From: Bacteroidota bacterium | GTDB lineage: Bacteria > Bacteroidota > Bacteroidia > Flavobacteriales_D > Crocinitomicaceae | Assembly (NCBI GenBank): GCA_041163605.1 | Contig: JBEAQY010000066.1 | Location: 1,910-65,909, forward strand | Reading direction: 5' to 3' | DNA: 64,000 nt | Part shown: piece by piece, positions 49,651 to 59,513 of the stretch | How positions within the stretch are numbered: the first letter of the stretch is position 1 | Layout: each line of letters begins with the position of its first letter | The notes under the pieces: model-generated | What the model saw: the letters and a program-made list of their open reading frames with translations, nothing else | Told to the model about the DNA's origin: nothing | Database searches by the model: none | Position numbers and translations under genes: made by a program

Positions 49651-50946
49651 ATGCCATTACAAAGAATAAGACAGTTCACAAAGAGCGATGTATTTAAATC
49701 GTTCACCGTGCTTTTTTCGGGGACCTTAATGGCTCAGGTTATTGGGTATGCCATCGCACCGATTTTAACCCGGCTTTATTCCAACGCCGAGATGGGTGAA
49801 ATGCTGTATTACATGCGTTTAATTGCCTTCATTTCTTCTATAGCCACTTTGCGATATGAAGCGGCTCTTCCCTTACCCAAACGCGATGAGCATTCCTATT
49901 TGATGTATCGGTTTGTGTATTTATTTTCTTTTTGGCTCTTGGTTTTTATTGCCTGTTTTTTATTAGTCTTTTCCCTGGTGTTTAATCTAATCAATCTTCA
50001 GCCTTGGTTTATACTTTGTGTAATACTCGGGGCGGCTGCAATGATCGTTATTAATGTGGGCACGAGTTGGGCCGTTCGAACTGGAACGTATGGTATAATT
50101 TCCCGACAAAAAATCACCAACTCGTTGATTTCAAATGCACTCAAATGGGGTTTCTTTTTCTTGAATTGGAAATCCTTCGGACTTATTCTTGCTACATTGT
50201 TGGGATTTATCGTTTCTGCACTTGAATTTATTTGGGACTTTCGAAAAATACATCATCGGTTCCGAACGTTGTTTTCCCCACGTAAAACTCGTGTAGTTCT
50301 CAAAGAACATCGGGAATTTCCGCTATTGAATCTTCCACATGTGTTCATTGACAACGGCAGGGATATGTTGCTTGCTACCTTGATTTTAGTGTATTTTGGT
50401 GAAGCAGTTTATGGTTCATATGGTCACGCGTATCAAATGCTACGTATTCCATTGATGCTGGTAGGTGTATCTGTTGGACAACTCTTTTATAACCGTTCCT
50501 CTGAAGCAATGCACAAAAAAAAGGAACTTACACCGATTCTTACAAAAACCATTGGTGTACTGACCTTGATTTCTATTGTTCCCTTCACTATCCTTTTTTT
50601 CTATGGCACCGAGATTTTCGGATTTGTTTTTGGAACTACCTGGGGAATTGCAGGCACCTATGCAGAAACGATGGCCTTTTGGTTAATGGTTAACTTTGTC
50701 CTGTCACCGATTTCAGCACTTCCTCTGCTGCTAAACAAACAACGTTACGCTTTGATTATGGGCGTGGTGAGTTCCTTAATTCAAGTGATACCCTTTTGGG
50801 TTTTCCCGTTGCTGTACGGTAAATCATCGTCCGTATTTATTTTAACCTTGCAATCGGTATCGTATGTTCAAGCTCTTTGGTTGATTTTTACCTTGTACTT
50901 GTACTATCGATTTGCCTTGGTTTCAGACACTAACATACGAGAATAA
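49651..50946 (+). CDS. Wzx-like oligosaccharide/polysaccharide flippase (MOP superfamily)
   Basis: 431-aa polytopic protein with N-terminal ...FSGTLMAQVIGYAIAPILTRLYS, typical of polysaccharide biosynthesis flippases. Confidence 0.7.
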   Translation: MPLQRIRQFTKSDVFKSFTVLFSGTLMAQVIGYAIAPILTRLYSNAEMGEMLYYMRLIAFISSIATLRYEAALPLPKRDEHSYLMYRFVYLFSFWLLVFIACFLLVFSLVFNLINLQPWFILCVILGAAAMIVINVGTSWAVRTGTYGIISRQKITNSLISNALKWGFFFLNWKSFGLILATLLGFIVSALEFIWDFRKIHHRFRTLFSPRKTRVVLKEHREFPLLNLPHVFIDNGRDMLLATLILVYFGEAVYGSYGHAYQMLRIPLMLVGVSVGQLFYNRSSEAMHKKKELTPILTKTIGVLTLISIVPFTILFFYGTEIFGFVFGTTWGIAGTYAETMAFWLMVNFVLSPISALPLLLNKQRYALIMGVVSSLIQVIPFWVFPLLYGKSSSVFILTLQSVSYVQALWLIFTLYLYYRFALVSDTNIRE

Positions 50947-51959
50947 ATTCCCTTAAATAGTTCAGCATTAGCGCTTTTTGTGGCTCGTTGATTTATTAAT
51001 TCACGGTTATAATGTTGAACCTTTTCTACATCCAATTCGAGCCCTCGTTTTATTGCCTTACTCAATGGTTCTGTTCGGCCGATAATAATACCATTTTTCC
51101 CATCTTCAACCCATTCTCGATTCGCAGGGATATCGGATAACATTGGAATACAACCATATGCCATGGCTTCAAGTAACGAAATCGATGTGCCATCACTTTT
51201 AGGAATTGAAATAAAAAACTTACTCTTCAAATAGTTCGCTTTATTCTGAGTTTTTGTAACAAAACCGGTGAAAGTAACCTGATGTGTAAGCTGGTGTTGA
51301 TTGGTATATGCTTTAAGATTTTCTGTTAAGCTTCCTTTGCCGGCAAGAATTAAGTGTCCGCTCATTTCCTTACAAAACGCCTTAAATGCGATGAGGATAT
51401 CTTCGATTCGATAGATCGGTTCATGCATCCGATTTGAGTAAAGTATGAGTTCACGGTCGGCATTCATTGCCTCAGGTATATCTAAATCCACTCCAAAGTT
51501 TGCATTTACTACATCTTTCCCTGGGCACAAACCATTTATTTCCTCAATCATTTGTTCGGAGTCTGCTGTTATAATGTCAGCCTTAGTTAAGGCCTGCTTT
51601 ACTAACCACCGATGAATGATCGATCGTTTTGGTAAAAGGAGTATATCGCTTCCCCAAGCAGTGAGTACCATGGGAATAGTATTATTATTTGCTTTGCCTG
51701 CAATAAACGCATAGCTGTTTGCTTGGTGCACATGTATAATGCTTGGATTGTAATCGTGGATAATCTGTCTCAGTATTTCAATGGAATTCCTAATTTTAAA
51801 TGGATTCTTAAGTGAAAATGAAACCGATTTAGACGGGGCGTATTCTACAGGGTAATCACTTACAACCAAGACTTCATTGAAGTAATCACGTACTAATTCC
51901 AAATAGTTTTTTAAATGCGCGTTTCCGGTATTACTACCAATGAGCAAGAGTTTTTTCAT
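50904..51959 (-). CDS. Glycosyltransferase family 4 (GT-B)
   Basis: MKKLLLIGS... start, with ...PKSDGTSISLLEAMAYGCIPMLSD... matching the GT4 E-x7-E region. I trimmed the start to the ATG at 51959. Confidence 0.75.
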   Translation of the reverse strand: MKKLLLIGSNTGNAHLKNYLELVRDYFNEVLVVSDYPVEYAPSKSVSFSLKNPFKIRNSIEILRQIIHDYNPSIIHVHQANSYAFIAGKANNNTIPMVLTAWGSDILLLPKRSIIHRWLVKQALTKADIITADSEQMIEEINGLCPGKDVVNANFGVDLDIPEAMNADRELILYSNRMHEPIYRIEDILIAFKAFCKEMSGHLILAGKGSLTENLKAYTNQHQLTHQVTFTGFVTKTQNKANYLKSKFFISIPKSDGTSISLLEAMAYGCIPMLSDIPANREWVEDGKNGIIIGRTEPLSKAIKRGLELDVEKVQHYNRELINQRATKSANAELFKGIYSRMLVSETKANR

Positions 51960-53154
51960 GTTCTTTTGATTTTGGTAATCCACTTGCAAGTATAAACACA
52001 AAGAGCACACTAATTGTACGTTCTGTTAGCGGGTTGTTTGTTAATGCAGCGATTAACATGACGCCTATCATAATCATCGATTTTACCGAGTGTGCCTCCA
52101 ATTTTCGTCGAAATAATTCCCAAAAAGGCAAAAGGAATATCCCTAAATAAAACAACAATCCAAAGATCCCATAACGCCACCAAATGAGTAAATATTCATT
52201 TTCTGCATATAACTGATGCGCGGTGAAATATGATTTATAAGGTGCGAAACCAAAGAGCGGCTTAGTTTTTATCATATCCCACAGGATAGACCATGATTCC
52301 CACCTGCTGCGCAATGACGTGGAATATAGAGCGGAACCATCCATTAAACTATTACTGTAGCTTGTATATTTAAAAAACGAAGTTGCAATCATGGTAGCCA
52401 ATAGGTAGAGCCCTATACTTGACACAACCTTCCAAACTGCGGCCTTTATTCCGTCCTTTTTTGTAAGAATCAATAACGACATAATCACGATACCTGCAGC
52501 AAGTAGAGAAGTTCTTGATTGACACAGAAACACCATAAATAGTGCGGTATAACATAGCGACCAATATACTCGGTTATTTTCTATAGGTAAAAAATACACG
52601 GTAAAAAACAAAAACAACAAGGCATTGGTATTGGGATTTCCCATGGTGCCTAACATCCGTTTTACCGCCGGATTTCCAAGAGAATCCTTTCCGAAAAGTT
52701 TAAAGTGAATACTATCACCATATGCGTAGGTTAAGAGTTCACTGATATTAAATACGTTGTATAAGTGCAGCACGTTAATGATCAATAATAACATAAAACT
52801 CCCCAAAATCAAGGGGTGTAGTTGTTTGGTTTGGGTAAACCTAAATAACAAGAAAATCACCCCTAATTTTATAAACCTATACAATTCGAAATAGTCGTTC
52901 CATTGCTTAATCCGACCATTAATCAAAATTGGAAGCAACATATAACCTGCAAATAATACAATCCAAATAAACCACCATTCTTTTCTAACTTGGGGTAATT
53001 TGGGGTATAAAAGTAGTCCGATAATTGGAAGTAAGAAATCAGTTAATTGAAATGCCGGCAATTGGCTTGAAATCCGAATATCAGGAATAAAAAACGCATC
53101 GAGTAATACAAGGATTGCACACCCATAGGCAAGCCAATTAGTTCGTCCACTCAT
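51934..53154 (-). CDS. O-antigen polymerase/ligase-like (Wzy/EpsG-type) polytopic membrane protein
   Basis: 406 aa with more than 10 TM helices and a periplasmic-loop motif ...AENEYLLIWWRYGIFGLLFYL resembling the Wzy_C signature. Confidence 0.6.
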   Translation of the reverse strand: MSGRTNWLAYGCAILVLLDAFFIPDIRISSQLPAFQLTDFLLPIIGLLLYPKLPQVRKEWWFIWIVLFAGYMLLPILINGRIKQWNDYFELYRFIKLGVIFLLFRFTQTKQLHPLILGSFMLLLIINVLHLYNVFNISELLTYAYGDSIHFKLFGKDSLGNPAVKRMLGTMGNPNTNALLFLFFTVYFLPIENNRVYWSLCYTALFMVFLCQSRTSLLAAGIVIMSLLILTKKDGIKAAVWKVVSSIGLYLLATMIATSFFKYTSYSNSLMDGSALYSTSLRSRWESWSILWDMIKTKPLFGFAPYKSYFTAHQLYAENEYLLIWWRYGIFGLLFYLGIFLLPFWELFRRKLEAHSVKSMIMIGVMLIAALTNNPLTERTISVLFVFILASGLPKSKEHEKTLAHW

Positions 53155-53713
53155 TATACATCGAATTCAATTCAGGATATTGGTCAAGCAACGTGCGGTC
53201 CATCGTTCGGGTATCTCCCAGCACCTTTGCTGGATTCCCACCAATTATCGAAAAATCCGGAAATTCTCCCTTGACATAACTGTATGCATGTACTAAACTT
53301 CCTTTACCGATGATCGTTCCCGGCATCACGGTACTGTGCGGCCCAATAAAGGAATATTTACCGATGGTTACACTCCCTTTAACATATCCGATCATTTCTT
53401 TTCCCGCATAGGATGCCCCATATAATCGAATCGATTGATGGCTTGAATGCGTGGTGATTACGCAATGTGTAGTGACTTGGACTCCTTCCTCAATCGTTAA
53501 TCCATGGCTGGCCTCTAGCACATTAAAATGTCCAATATATACACCTTGAGCCATTGAAAGTGAGTCGGGGTGATCAATAAAGGTATGAGATGAAATTCGG
53601 GTTCCCGGTATGTTTTTCCCATCCTTGTCCTTAATTCGTGTGATCATATACGGGCTAACCGCCGGAAAAATCCTTCGCATAATTCGTTTCAATAAACTTG
53701 GTTTACCTAGCAT
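53138..53713 (-). CDS. Left-handed beta-helix (hexapeptide-repeat) acyltransferase
   Basis: Hexapeptide-repeat pattern (VTIGKYSFIGPHSTVMPGTIIGKGSLVHAYSYV...IIGGNPAKV). Confidence 0.7.
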   Translation of the reverse strand: MLGKPSLLKRIMRRIFPAVSPYMITRIKDKDGKNIPGTRISSHTFIDHPDSLSMAQGVYIGHFNVLEASHGLTIEEGVQVTTHCVITTHSSHQSIRLYGASYAGKEMIGYVKGSVTIGKYSFIGPHSTVMPGTIIGKGSLVHAYSYVKGEFPDFSIIGGNPAKVLGDTRTMDRTLLDQYPELNSMYNEWTN

Positions 53714-53720
53714 ATGGCAT

Positions 53721-53728
53721 CAAAGATA
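53721..53728 (-). promoter_or_regulatory. -7 box (TATCTTTG on - strand) 7 nt upstream of the acyltransferase ATG
   Basis: Plus strand reads CAAAGATA. The ATG complement lies at 53711-53713. Confidence 0.45.
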
Positions 53729-53801
53729 CTAAAAGCGCTTTATTCAACATCTTATGGGGAAAACTCGATGGGTGTGCTGTATTTTGTCACTCCCTTTCTG
53801 A

Positions 53802-53809
53802 TACTTTTG
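53802..53809 (+). promoter_or_regulatory. -7 box TACTTTTG 4 nt upstream of the GT4 ATG
   Basis: Exact TAnnTTTG match. The ATG is at 53814. Confidence 0.45.
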
Positions 53810-53813
53810 TTAC

Positions 53814-54923
53814 ATGTCGATTTCGCCCTTGAAAATCATTCATCTGAGCAGTGCACATCCAGATCTTGATGTTCGGATATTTTTGAAGGAGTGTCGTTCC
53901 TTGGCTCAAAGGTTTCCAAATGCAGAAGTTCACTTGGTTCTAGCAGGAGTGGCGGAACGGGTTGAAGAAGGCGTTTACATACACTCGGTTGCTGCTCGAA
54001 CAGGCAGTCGATTAAAACGCATGTGGAAAACTGTGAATGAAGTCTACCAAATGGGTATGGCCCTGGATGGTACTATATATCATCTGCACGATCCAGAACT
54101 CTTGCGTATTGCACTAAAGTTAAAGCGAAAAGGAAAACGGGTGATTTATGATGCTCATGAGGATTTACCACGGCAGTTATTAGGCAAGAGTTATTTACCC
54201 ATGAGAGGAATGGTCTCAAGGATTTTTGAGTATTACGAGAATTATGTGGTTAAAAGATTGGATGCCGTAATCACTGCAACACCTTTTATTCGAGAGCGCT
54301 TTCAAAAAATTCATCCTCGAGTTATTGATATTAACAACTATCCCTTATTATCTGAATTAGCGTTTAATGAGTCGACGGAAGAACGTACGCATGTTTGCTA
54401 CATTGGAGGGTTGACACCCATTCGTGGAATATTACAACTTGTTGATGCCATGCAGTATACGCAAACGACCTTGCAATTAGCGGGAGCCCTAGACGATGTT
54501 TTTAAAAGCAACTTATCAGTAAGTGCGGGGTGGAGCAAGGTGGTATTATGTGGTCATGTGAATCGAAAAGAAGCCTTGGCAATCAAACAAAAAGCGTTTG
54601 CTGGAATTGTGACTTTTCTTCCTTTCCCCAATCATATTAATGCGCAGCCCAATAAGATTTTTGAATATATGGCGTCCGGAATTCCTGTGATTGGTTCTAA
54701 TTTTCCCATGTGGAAATTACTTATAGAAGCGCAGGAAGTTGGACTCTGTGTAGATCCTGAAGATCCGAAGGCCATTGGTGAAGCGATTGAATACCTAAGA
54801 ACCAATCCGGAAATCGCAAAAACGATGGGTGCACGAGGAAAAAAACTCGTTCAGGATACATTTAATTGGACGGTGGAAGAAGATAAACTCGTGGGGTGTT
54901 ATACTGAAATCTTGAACGAATGA
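53814..54923 (+). CDS. Glycosyltransferase family 4 (GT-B)
   Basis: KIIHLSSAHPDLDVRIF... N-terminal domain and ...PNKIFEYMASGIPVIGS... C-terminal motif. Confidence 0.78.
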   Translation: MSISPLKIIHLSSAHPDLDVRIFLKECRSLAQRFPNAEVHLVLAGVAERVEEGVYIHSVAARTGSRLKRMWKTVNEVYQMGMALDGTIYHLHDPELLRIALKLKRKGKRVIYDAHEDLPRQLLGKSYLPMRGMVSRIFEYYENYVVKRLDAVITATPFIRERFQKIHPRVIDINNYPLLSELAFNESTEERTHVCYIGGLTPIRGILQLVDAMQYTQTTLQLAGALDDVFKSNLSVSAGWSKVVLCGHVNRKEALAIKQKAFAGIVTFLPFPNHINAQPNKIFEYMASGIPVIGSNFPMWKLLIEAQEVGLCVDPEDPKAIGEAIEYLRTNPEIAKTMGARGKKLVQDTFNWTVEEDKLVGCYTEILNE

Positions 54924-56164
54924 AATTAACCTATCCAAGGGTGTATCAATGGGCGCTAATGCTGTTAATAGCCGGGTGGATGTTCTTGCCGGGTCTTACC
55001 GGGCTATTTTGTTTATTTTTCTTGGTGATCGTGATTACGGGTATTGTGAAGAAAGAACTCACCTTTAAATTCAATATAATTCTCCTAGGAGTCATCTTAT
55101 TTCTTCCTTATTATTCATTGTATGCGATGAATGCCGTAGATCCTCAAGAAGCCATGTTTGGAATTGAAAAAAAACTATCATTTGTTCTGTTTCCTTTCGT
55201 ATTTTCTTTTGTTCCTACCTTTTATTTAAACAAACGTTTCTTGGGAAATGGGTTTTTAATTTCCTTATTCCTCATGCTTTTCGCATGTTATTTGGGCGCA
55301 TTTTTCAATTATGAAGAGCACAATTATGATGCTGCTTACTTATTCTCCTCCCATTTTTCTGGATTGTTTCATCACCCCACCTATGTCTCCGTTTTCTGCG
55401 CCTTAGGGATATTTATGTTGTTTAGGCGTTGGGAAGCCCCGATGACCATGAGGGAACATCTCTTCTCGGCGGTCGGTATACTTTTTTTACTCTATACCCA
55501 TGTGCATTTAGAAAGTTTATCTGGCTTATTATTCGCAGTCTTACTCATGGCTTGTTTAGTTGGATATTGGTTGTTTAAAAAACAAGGTTGGACCGTACTC
55601 ATTGGAGTTTTTACCCTTGGTATGTTGGTTAGCTACCTGGGGATTTATTTTATACCTTCCTTACGAAGTAATGTATTAGATTCCATTTCTTTTGTCCGTA
55701 ATTATGTGAAAGACCCCTATGCCTATACGCATCTTCCCCGTGGGGAAATTCGTGGCAACGATGCCCGATTGATATTATGGACTGCCTCGGCAGAAATTTT
55801 GCGCGAACACCCGAATGGAGTGGGGGTAGGTAATCTCCCAACCATAATGGAGGCGAAACTGCTTGAATTTGGTCAGGTTAATTTAGCTAAGGAGCACCTA
55901 AATCCACACAATCAATTTTTTCACACAGCAGTGGAAACGGGTTGGATTGGGTTGCTTTGGTTACTTGGTTTGTTAATCTCCATGCTTTGGTACGGGTGGA
56001 AGAATAAACAAGGGATCTTAATCCTTGTTGTTTGTGCATTTGCTTTTAATTCCTTGTTTGAATCTATGTTGGAGCGACAATCAGGCATTGTGTTCTGGTT
56101 ATTATGGAGTTGTTTATTTATTGGTATTCATCCGGCATTTAAAATCCAACCCAATGAATCCTGA
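54920..56164 (+). CDS. O-antigen ligase/polymerase family (Wzy_C-type) membrane protein
   Basis: 414 aa, polytopic. NPHNQFFHTAVETGWIGLLWLLGLL matches the Wzy_C H-N-x-x-x-x-x-x-E-x-G signature. Confidence 0.7.
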   Translation: MKLTYPRVYQWALMLLIAGWMFLPGLTGLFCLFFLVIVITGIVKKELTFKFNIILLGVILFLPYYSLYAMNAVDPQEAMFGIEKKLSFVLFPFVFSFVPTFYLNKRFLGNGFLISLFLMLFACYLGAFFNYEEHNYDAAYLFSSHFSGLFHHPTYVSVFCALGIFMLFRRWEAPMTMREHLFSAVGILFLLYTHVHLESLSGLLFAVLLMACLVGYWLFKKQGWTVLIGVFTLGMLVSYLGIYFIPSLRSNVLDSISFVRNYVKDPYAYTHLPRGEIRGNDARLILWTASAEILREHPNGVGVGNLPTIMEAKLLEFGQVNLAKEHLNPHNQFFHTAVETGWIGLLWLLGLLISMLWYGWKNKQGILILVVCAFAFNSLFESMLERQSGIVFWLLWSCLFIGIHPAFKIQPNES

Positions 56165-57164
56165 AATTTCCGTTGTTATTCCGTGCTATAATGAAGCGCG
56201 ATACATAAGGGATTGCGTTGTTTCGTTGTTGTCGAATGGTACAGACCCTTCGCGCATAGAATTGTTGGTGATTGATGGAGGATCTACCGATGGCACCGTA
56301 GCCTTATTGAATGAGCTCTCACAAATTTATCCCCAGGTGAAGGTACTGAGCAATCCGGATCGAATTACACCGCGGGCTTTAAATATTGGTGTTCATGCCG
56401 CTCAAGGGTCATATGTATTAATCTCAAGTGCGCACGCATCGTTTGATTTCGGATATATAAGTACCCTTATTTCAACGATGAACGATCACTCTGATGCAAT
56501 AGCAGTGGGTGGTGTGATGGAAACTATGGTGAAAAATAGTACCGCAATGTCTGAGTCTATACGCACCGTGCTTATGCATCCAGTCGGCGTGGGGAATGCT
56601 AAATTTCGAACAGGGGTTTCAGATGTAATTGCTGTGGATACCGTACCCTTTGGATTATACCGTGCTCAGGAACTAAAAGCAGTTGGAGGCTATGATGAAC
56701 GACTAATTCGAAACCATGACATGGAATTATCGAAGCGATTACTGCGAAATGGAGGAAAAATTTACCTTACACCGAAGGCAAGATGCACCTATTATGCACG
56801 GGAAACGTTCAGGGCCATGGCAAAGAATAACTTCAATAATGGCAAGTGGAATTTGAAAACGGTGTATATTACTCGAACATTTTCCTCCCTAAGTTTGCGT
56901 CATTTTATCCCCATGTTATTTCTAGGTTCATGGACACTTCCATTGTTACTTTCCTTATTCACTTGGAATCCCCTGTGGTCACTGGCTTCATGCGGTATGC
57001 TAATCTGTTACATCGGAGTATTAACGGCCGTGGCATGGCAAGCGCACAATGCAAAAAACAAGGTTTTATTGGTTCTCATTGGCTTTAAGTTACTTCATTT
57101 TTCATACGGACTTGGTTCCTTTTTGGGTTTGCTTAGTTTACCCTTTACTGCTAGAACGAGATGA
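56154..57164 (+). CDS. Glycosyltransferase family 2 with C-terminal TM segments
   Basis: MNPEISVVIPCYNEARYI...IDGGSTDGT. I trimmed the start to the ATG at 56154, giving an 11-nt overlap with the upstream gene. Confidence 0.8.
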   Translation: MNPEISVVIPCYNEARYIRDCVVSLLSNGTDPSRIELLVIDGGSTDGTVALLNELSQIYPQVKVLSNPDRITPRALNIGVHAAQGSYVLISSAHASFDFGYISTLISTMNDHSDAIAVGGVMETMVKNSTAMSESIRTVLMHPVGVGNAKFRTGVSDVIAVDTVPFGLYRAQELKAVGGYDERLIRNHDMELSKRLLRNGGKIYLTPKARCTYYARETFRAMAKNNFNNGKWNLKTVYITRTFSSLSLRHFIPMLFLGSWTLPLLLSLFTWNPLWSLASCGMLICYIGVLTAVAWQAHNAKNKVLLVLIGFKLLHFSYGLGSFLGLLSLPFTARTR

Positions 57165-58306
57165 ATGTTAAGTTGACATATCAAGCAAGGATAGCCCAAT
57201 ATCTACACATTGCTCCGGAGCATGTTTCGCTGTATTGGAAAGGACGGGTGGCCTTATATACCGTGTTAAAGGCGATGGGTGTAGGTCCCGGTGCTGAAGT
57301 TGTGCTCCCAGCATTCACATGTGTGGTGGTACCCAATGCCATTCTTTATTTGGGTGCAACACCCATCTATGTGGATATCAATCCTACGGTTTTATGCTCT
57401 AGCGCTAGGCAAATCGAACAGGTACTCACCCCAAAAACTAAAGTAATTTTAATTCAAAACATGCTTGGATTGAGTTTTGAAGTGGAGGAAATAGTATCCT
57501 TAGCTAAAGCAAGGGGAATCTATACGATTGAAGATTGCACGCATGGATTTGGAGGGAAACATCAGGGGGTGTTTAACGGCCTTCGGAGCGATGCCTCATT
57601 TTTTTCAAGTCAATGGAACAAGCCCTTTTCGACTGGAATTGGTGGCATGTTGGTAGTAAATAATCGAGATTTACTTCAGCCGGTCAATCAGCTTAATTCG
57701 CATTTAATTAAACCAAGCGCCAAGGATCAGTACATACTTTACATACTTATTTTGGCGAGAACGTATTTGCTAAAAGGATTTACGTATTGGACCTTCCTTC
57801 GAATGTATCGATGGTTGAGTAAGAAAGGGCTGGTAGTAGGTTCTTCCAGTGCCTCCGAATTAGAAGGAATTCACATGCCGAAGAATTATTTTAAAGGTAT
57901 GAGTTCGGTGCAATGCCGAGCAGGAATTAAGGCGTTAAGCACATTAGACCAGGTGATTTCACAGCGCAAAAATTCGGGTGTATCAGTTTATGAATGGTTG
58001 GCCAATCAAAGCAAAAACACCGTCCCATCAGAACACTTGGCCCAACATGCCTTTCTTAAGTATCCCATCCTTGTTAAAGACCGAGCGTTGTTTTTGCAGC
58101 AAGCAGAAAAAGAAAAAATACCGCTTGGAGAATGGTTTATTTCCCCCTTGCATCCCGTATTGGATTCTTTGGAACCTTGGGGGCTGGAAGTTTCTAATTT
58201 TCCAAATGCAGTATATATAAGTAAGCACATTGTTAATCTTCCCCTAGATTTACCTGTGCATAGATTGATTAATTTTCTCGAACTTTACAAAAACGAAATT
58301 ATCTAA
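57161..58306 (+). CDS. DegT/DnrJ/EryC1/StrS-family (PLP-dependent sugar aminotransferase-like) protein
   Basis: ...VLPAFTCVVVPNAILYLGATPIYVDI... and ...FFSSQWNKPFSTGIGG (candidate PLP-lysine segment). More divergent than the next gene. Confidence 0.6.
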   Translation: MNVKLTYQARIAQYLHIAPEHVSLYWKGRVALYTVLKAMGVGPGAEVVLPAFTCVVVPNAILYLGATPIYVDINPTVLCSSARQIEQVLTPKTKVILIQNMLGLSFEVEEIVSLAKARGIYTIEDCTHGFGGKHQGVFNGLRSDASFFSSQWNKPFSTGIGGMLVVNNRDLLQPVNQLNSHLIKPSAKDQYILYILILARTYLLKGFTYWTFLRMYRWLSKKGLVVGSSSASELEGIHMPKNYFKGMSSVQCRAGIKALSTLDQVISQRKNSGVSVYEWLANQSKNTVPSEHLAQHAFLKYPILVKDRALFLQQAEKEKIPLGEWFISPLHPVLDSLEPWGLEVSNFPNAVYISKHIVNLPLDLPVHRLINFLELYKNEII

Positions 58307-58307
58307 T

Positions 58308-59513
58308 ATGTTACCTTTCTCTCCCCCAAGAATAGACCAACGAATCATTGATGAAGTTACGGATACCTTACGAAGTGGTTGGATTTCTACGGGTCCAAAA
58401 ACCAAGTTATTTGAAAAGAAAATCACCGAATATGTGGGGTGTAAAACAACCGTAGCCGTTAGTGCATGGACCACCGGAATGGAAATTGTATTGCGCTGGT
58501 GGGGTATAGGTCCGGGCGATGAGGTTATTATACCTGTCTATACGTATTGTGCGAGTGCCAATGTGGTGTTACATACCGGTGCTAAAGCGGTCATGGTGGA
58601 TATCAATCCGGATGATTTTAATATTAGTATTGAAGCCATTCGAGCAGCCATAACACCAAATACTAAAGCGATTATGCCGGTTGATATTGCCGGTTTACCA
58701 TGCGATTTCGATGCCATTAAACAACTCGTTGAAGAAGCTAAATCGATGTTTACTCCCTCGAATGAGCAACAACAGAAATTAGGACGAATCTTAATAGCCT
58801 CGGATGCAGCACATAGCTTTGGCGCCACGTATAAGGGCATACAAATGGGCTCGGTAGCCGACATTACGTGCTTTTCGTTTCATGCTGTAAAAAATTTAAC
58901 CACGGCAGAAGGTGGGTCAATTTGTTTTAATTTGCCTGATTCATTTGACCATGAAGAACTCTATAAATTGTTTTGTATTAAAATCCTTCACGGTCAGTCC
59001 AAGGATGCCTTAGCTAAAATGCAAAAAGGGGCTTGGCGTTATGATGTGATTGAGCCTGGATATAAGTGTAATATGACCGACCTTCAAGCTTCTATAGGCT
59101 TAGTGGAATTGGAGCGCTACCAGGATACCTTAGACCGTCGAAACGAAATTTTTGATCAATATTCCAAGGGGTTTGATGGACTAGATTGGGCCGTGACTCC
59201 AATACGTGAGGACCGTTTTCGTGTTTCTTGTTGTCATTTATATCAATTGAATATTAACGGGGTTACCGAAGCACAGCGCGATGCCATTATGCATGAGATC
59301 TTTGAGCAAGATATTGCGGTTAATGTGCATTTCCAACCCCTGCCTCTGTTTACAGCATATAAGGAGTTAGGGTATGATATCGCCAATTACCCCGTGGCTT
59401 ATGATAAATATTCAAGAGAAATTTCCTTGCCGATTTATTACAACTTAACGAACGAGCAAGTGGATAGCGTAATTAAGGCGGTAACCATTGCATATCATAA
59501 GGTGATGGGATGA
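58308..59513 (+). CDS. DegT/DnrJ/EryC1/StrS-family sugar aminotransferase (PglE/EpsN-like)
   Basis: SGWISTGPKTKLFEK..., ...DAAHSFG... and ...CFSFHAVKNLTTAEGG, the canonical PLP-lysine motif. Confidence 0.82.
   Translation: MLPFSPPRIDQRIIDEVTDTLRSGWISTGPKTKLFEKKITEYVGCKTTVAVSAWTTGMEIVLRWWGIGPGDEVIIPVYTYCASANVVLHTGAKAVMVDINPDDFNISIEAIRAAITPNTKAIMPVDIAGLPCDFDAIKQLVEEAKSMFTPSNEQQQKLGRILIASDAAHSFGATYKGIQMGSVADITCFSFHAVKNLTTAEGGSICFNLPDSFDHEELYKLFCIKILHGQSKDALAKMQKGAWRYDVIEPGYKCNMTDLQASIGLVELERYQDTLDRRNEIFDQYSKGFDGLDWAVTPIREDRFRVSCCHLYQLNINGVTEAQRDAIMHEIFEQDIAVNVHFQPLPLFTAYKELGYDIANYPVAYDKYSREISLPIYYNLTNEQVDSVIKAVTIAYHKVMG

Noticed and set aside
49602-49706. 35-codon N-terminal extension of the hbd ORF (the 331-aa version in the ORF track)
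   Set aside because: The Rossmann motif MKHVAVIGAGTMG begins at the internal ATG (49601). The extension would run through the divergent promoter pair and into the flippase gene start.
56025-56153. Upstream extension of the GT2 ORF (379-aa version). The GT4 ORF has a similar extension at 51960-52010.
   Set aside because: The extensions overlap the preceding membrane-protein genes out of frame. The conserved GT N-termini (MNPEISVVIPCYNE and MKKLLLIGS) begin at the internal ATGs.
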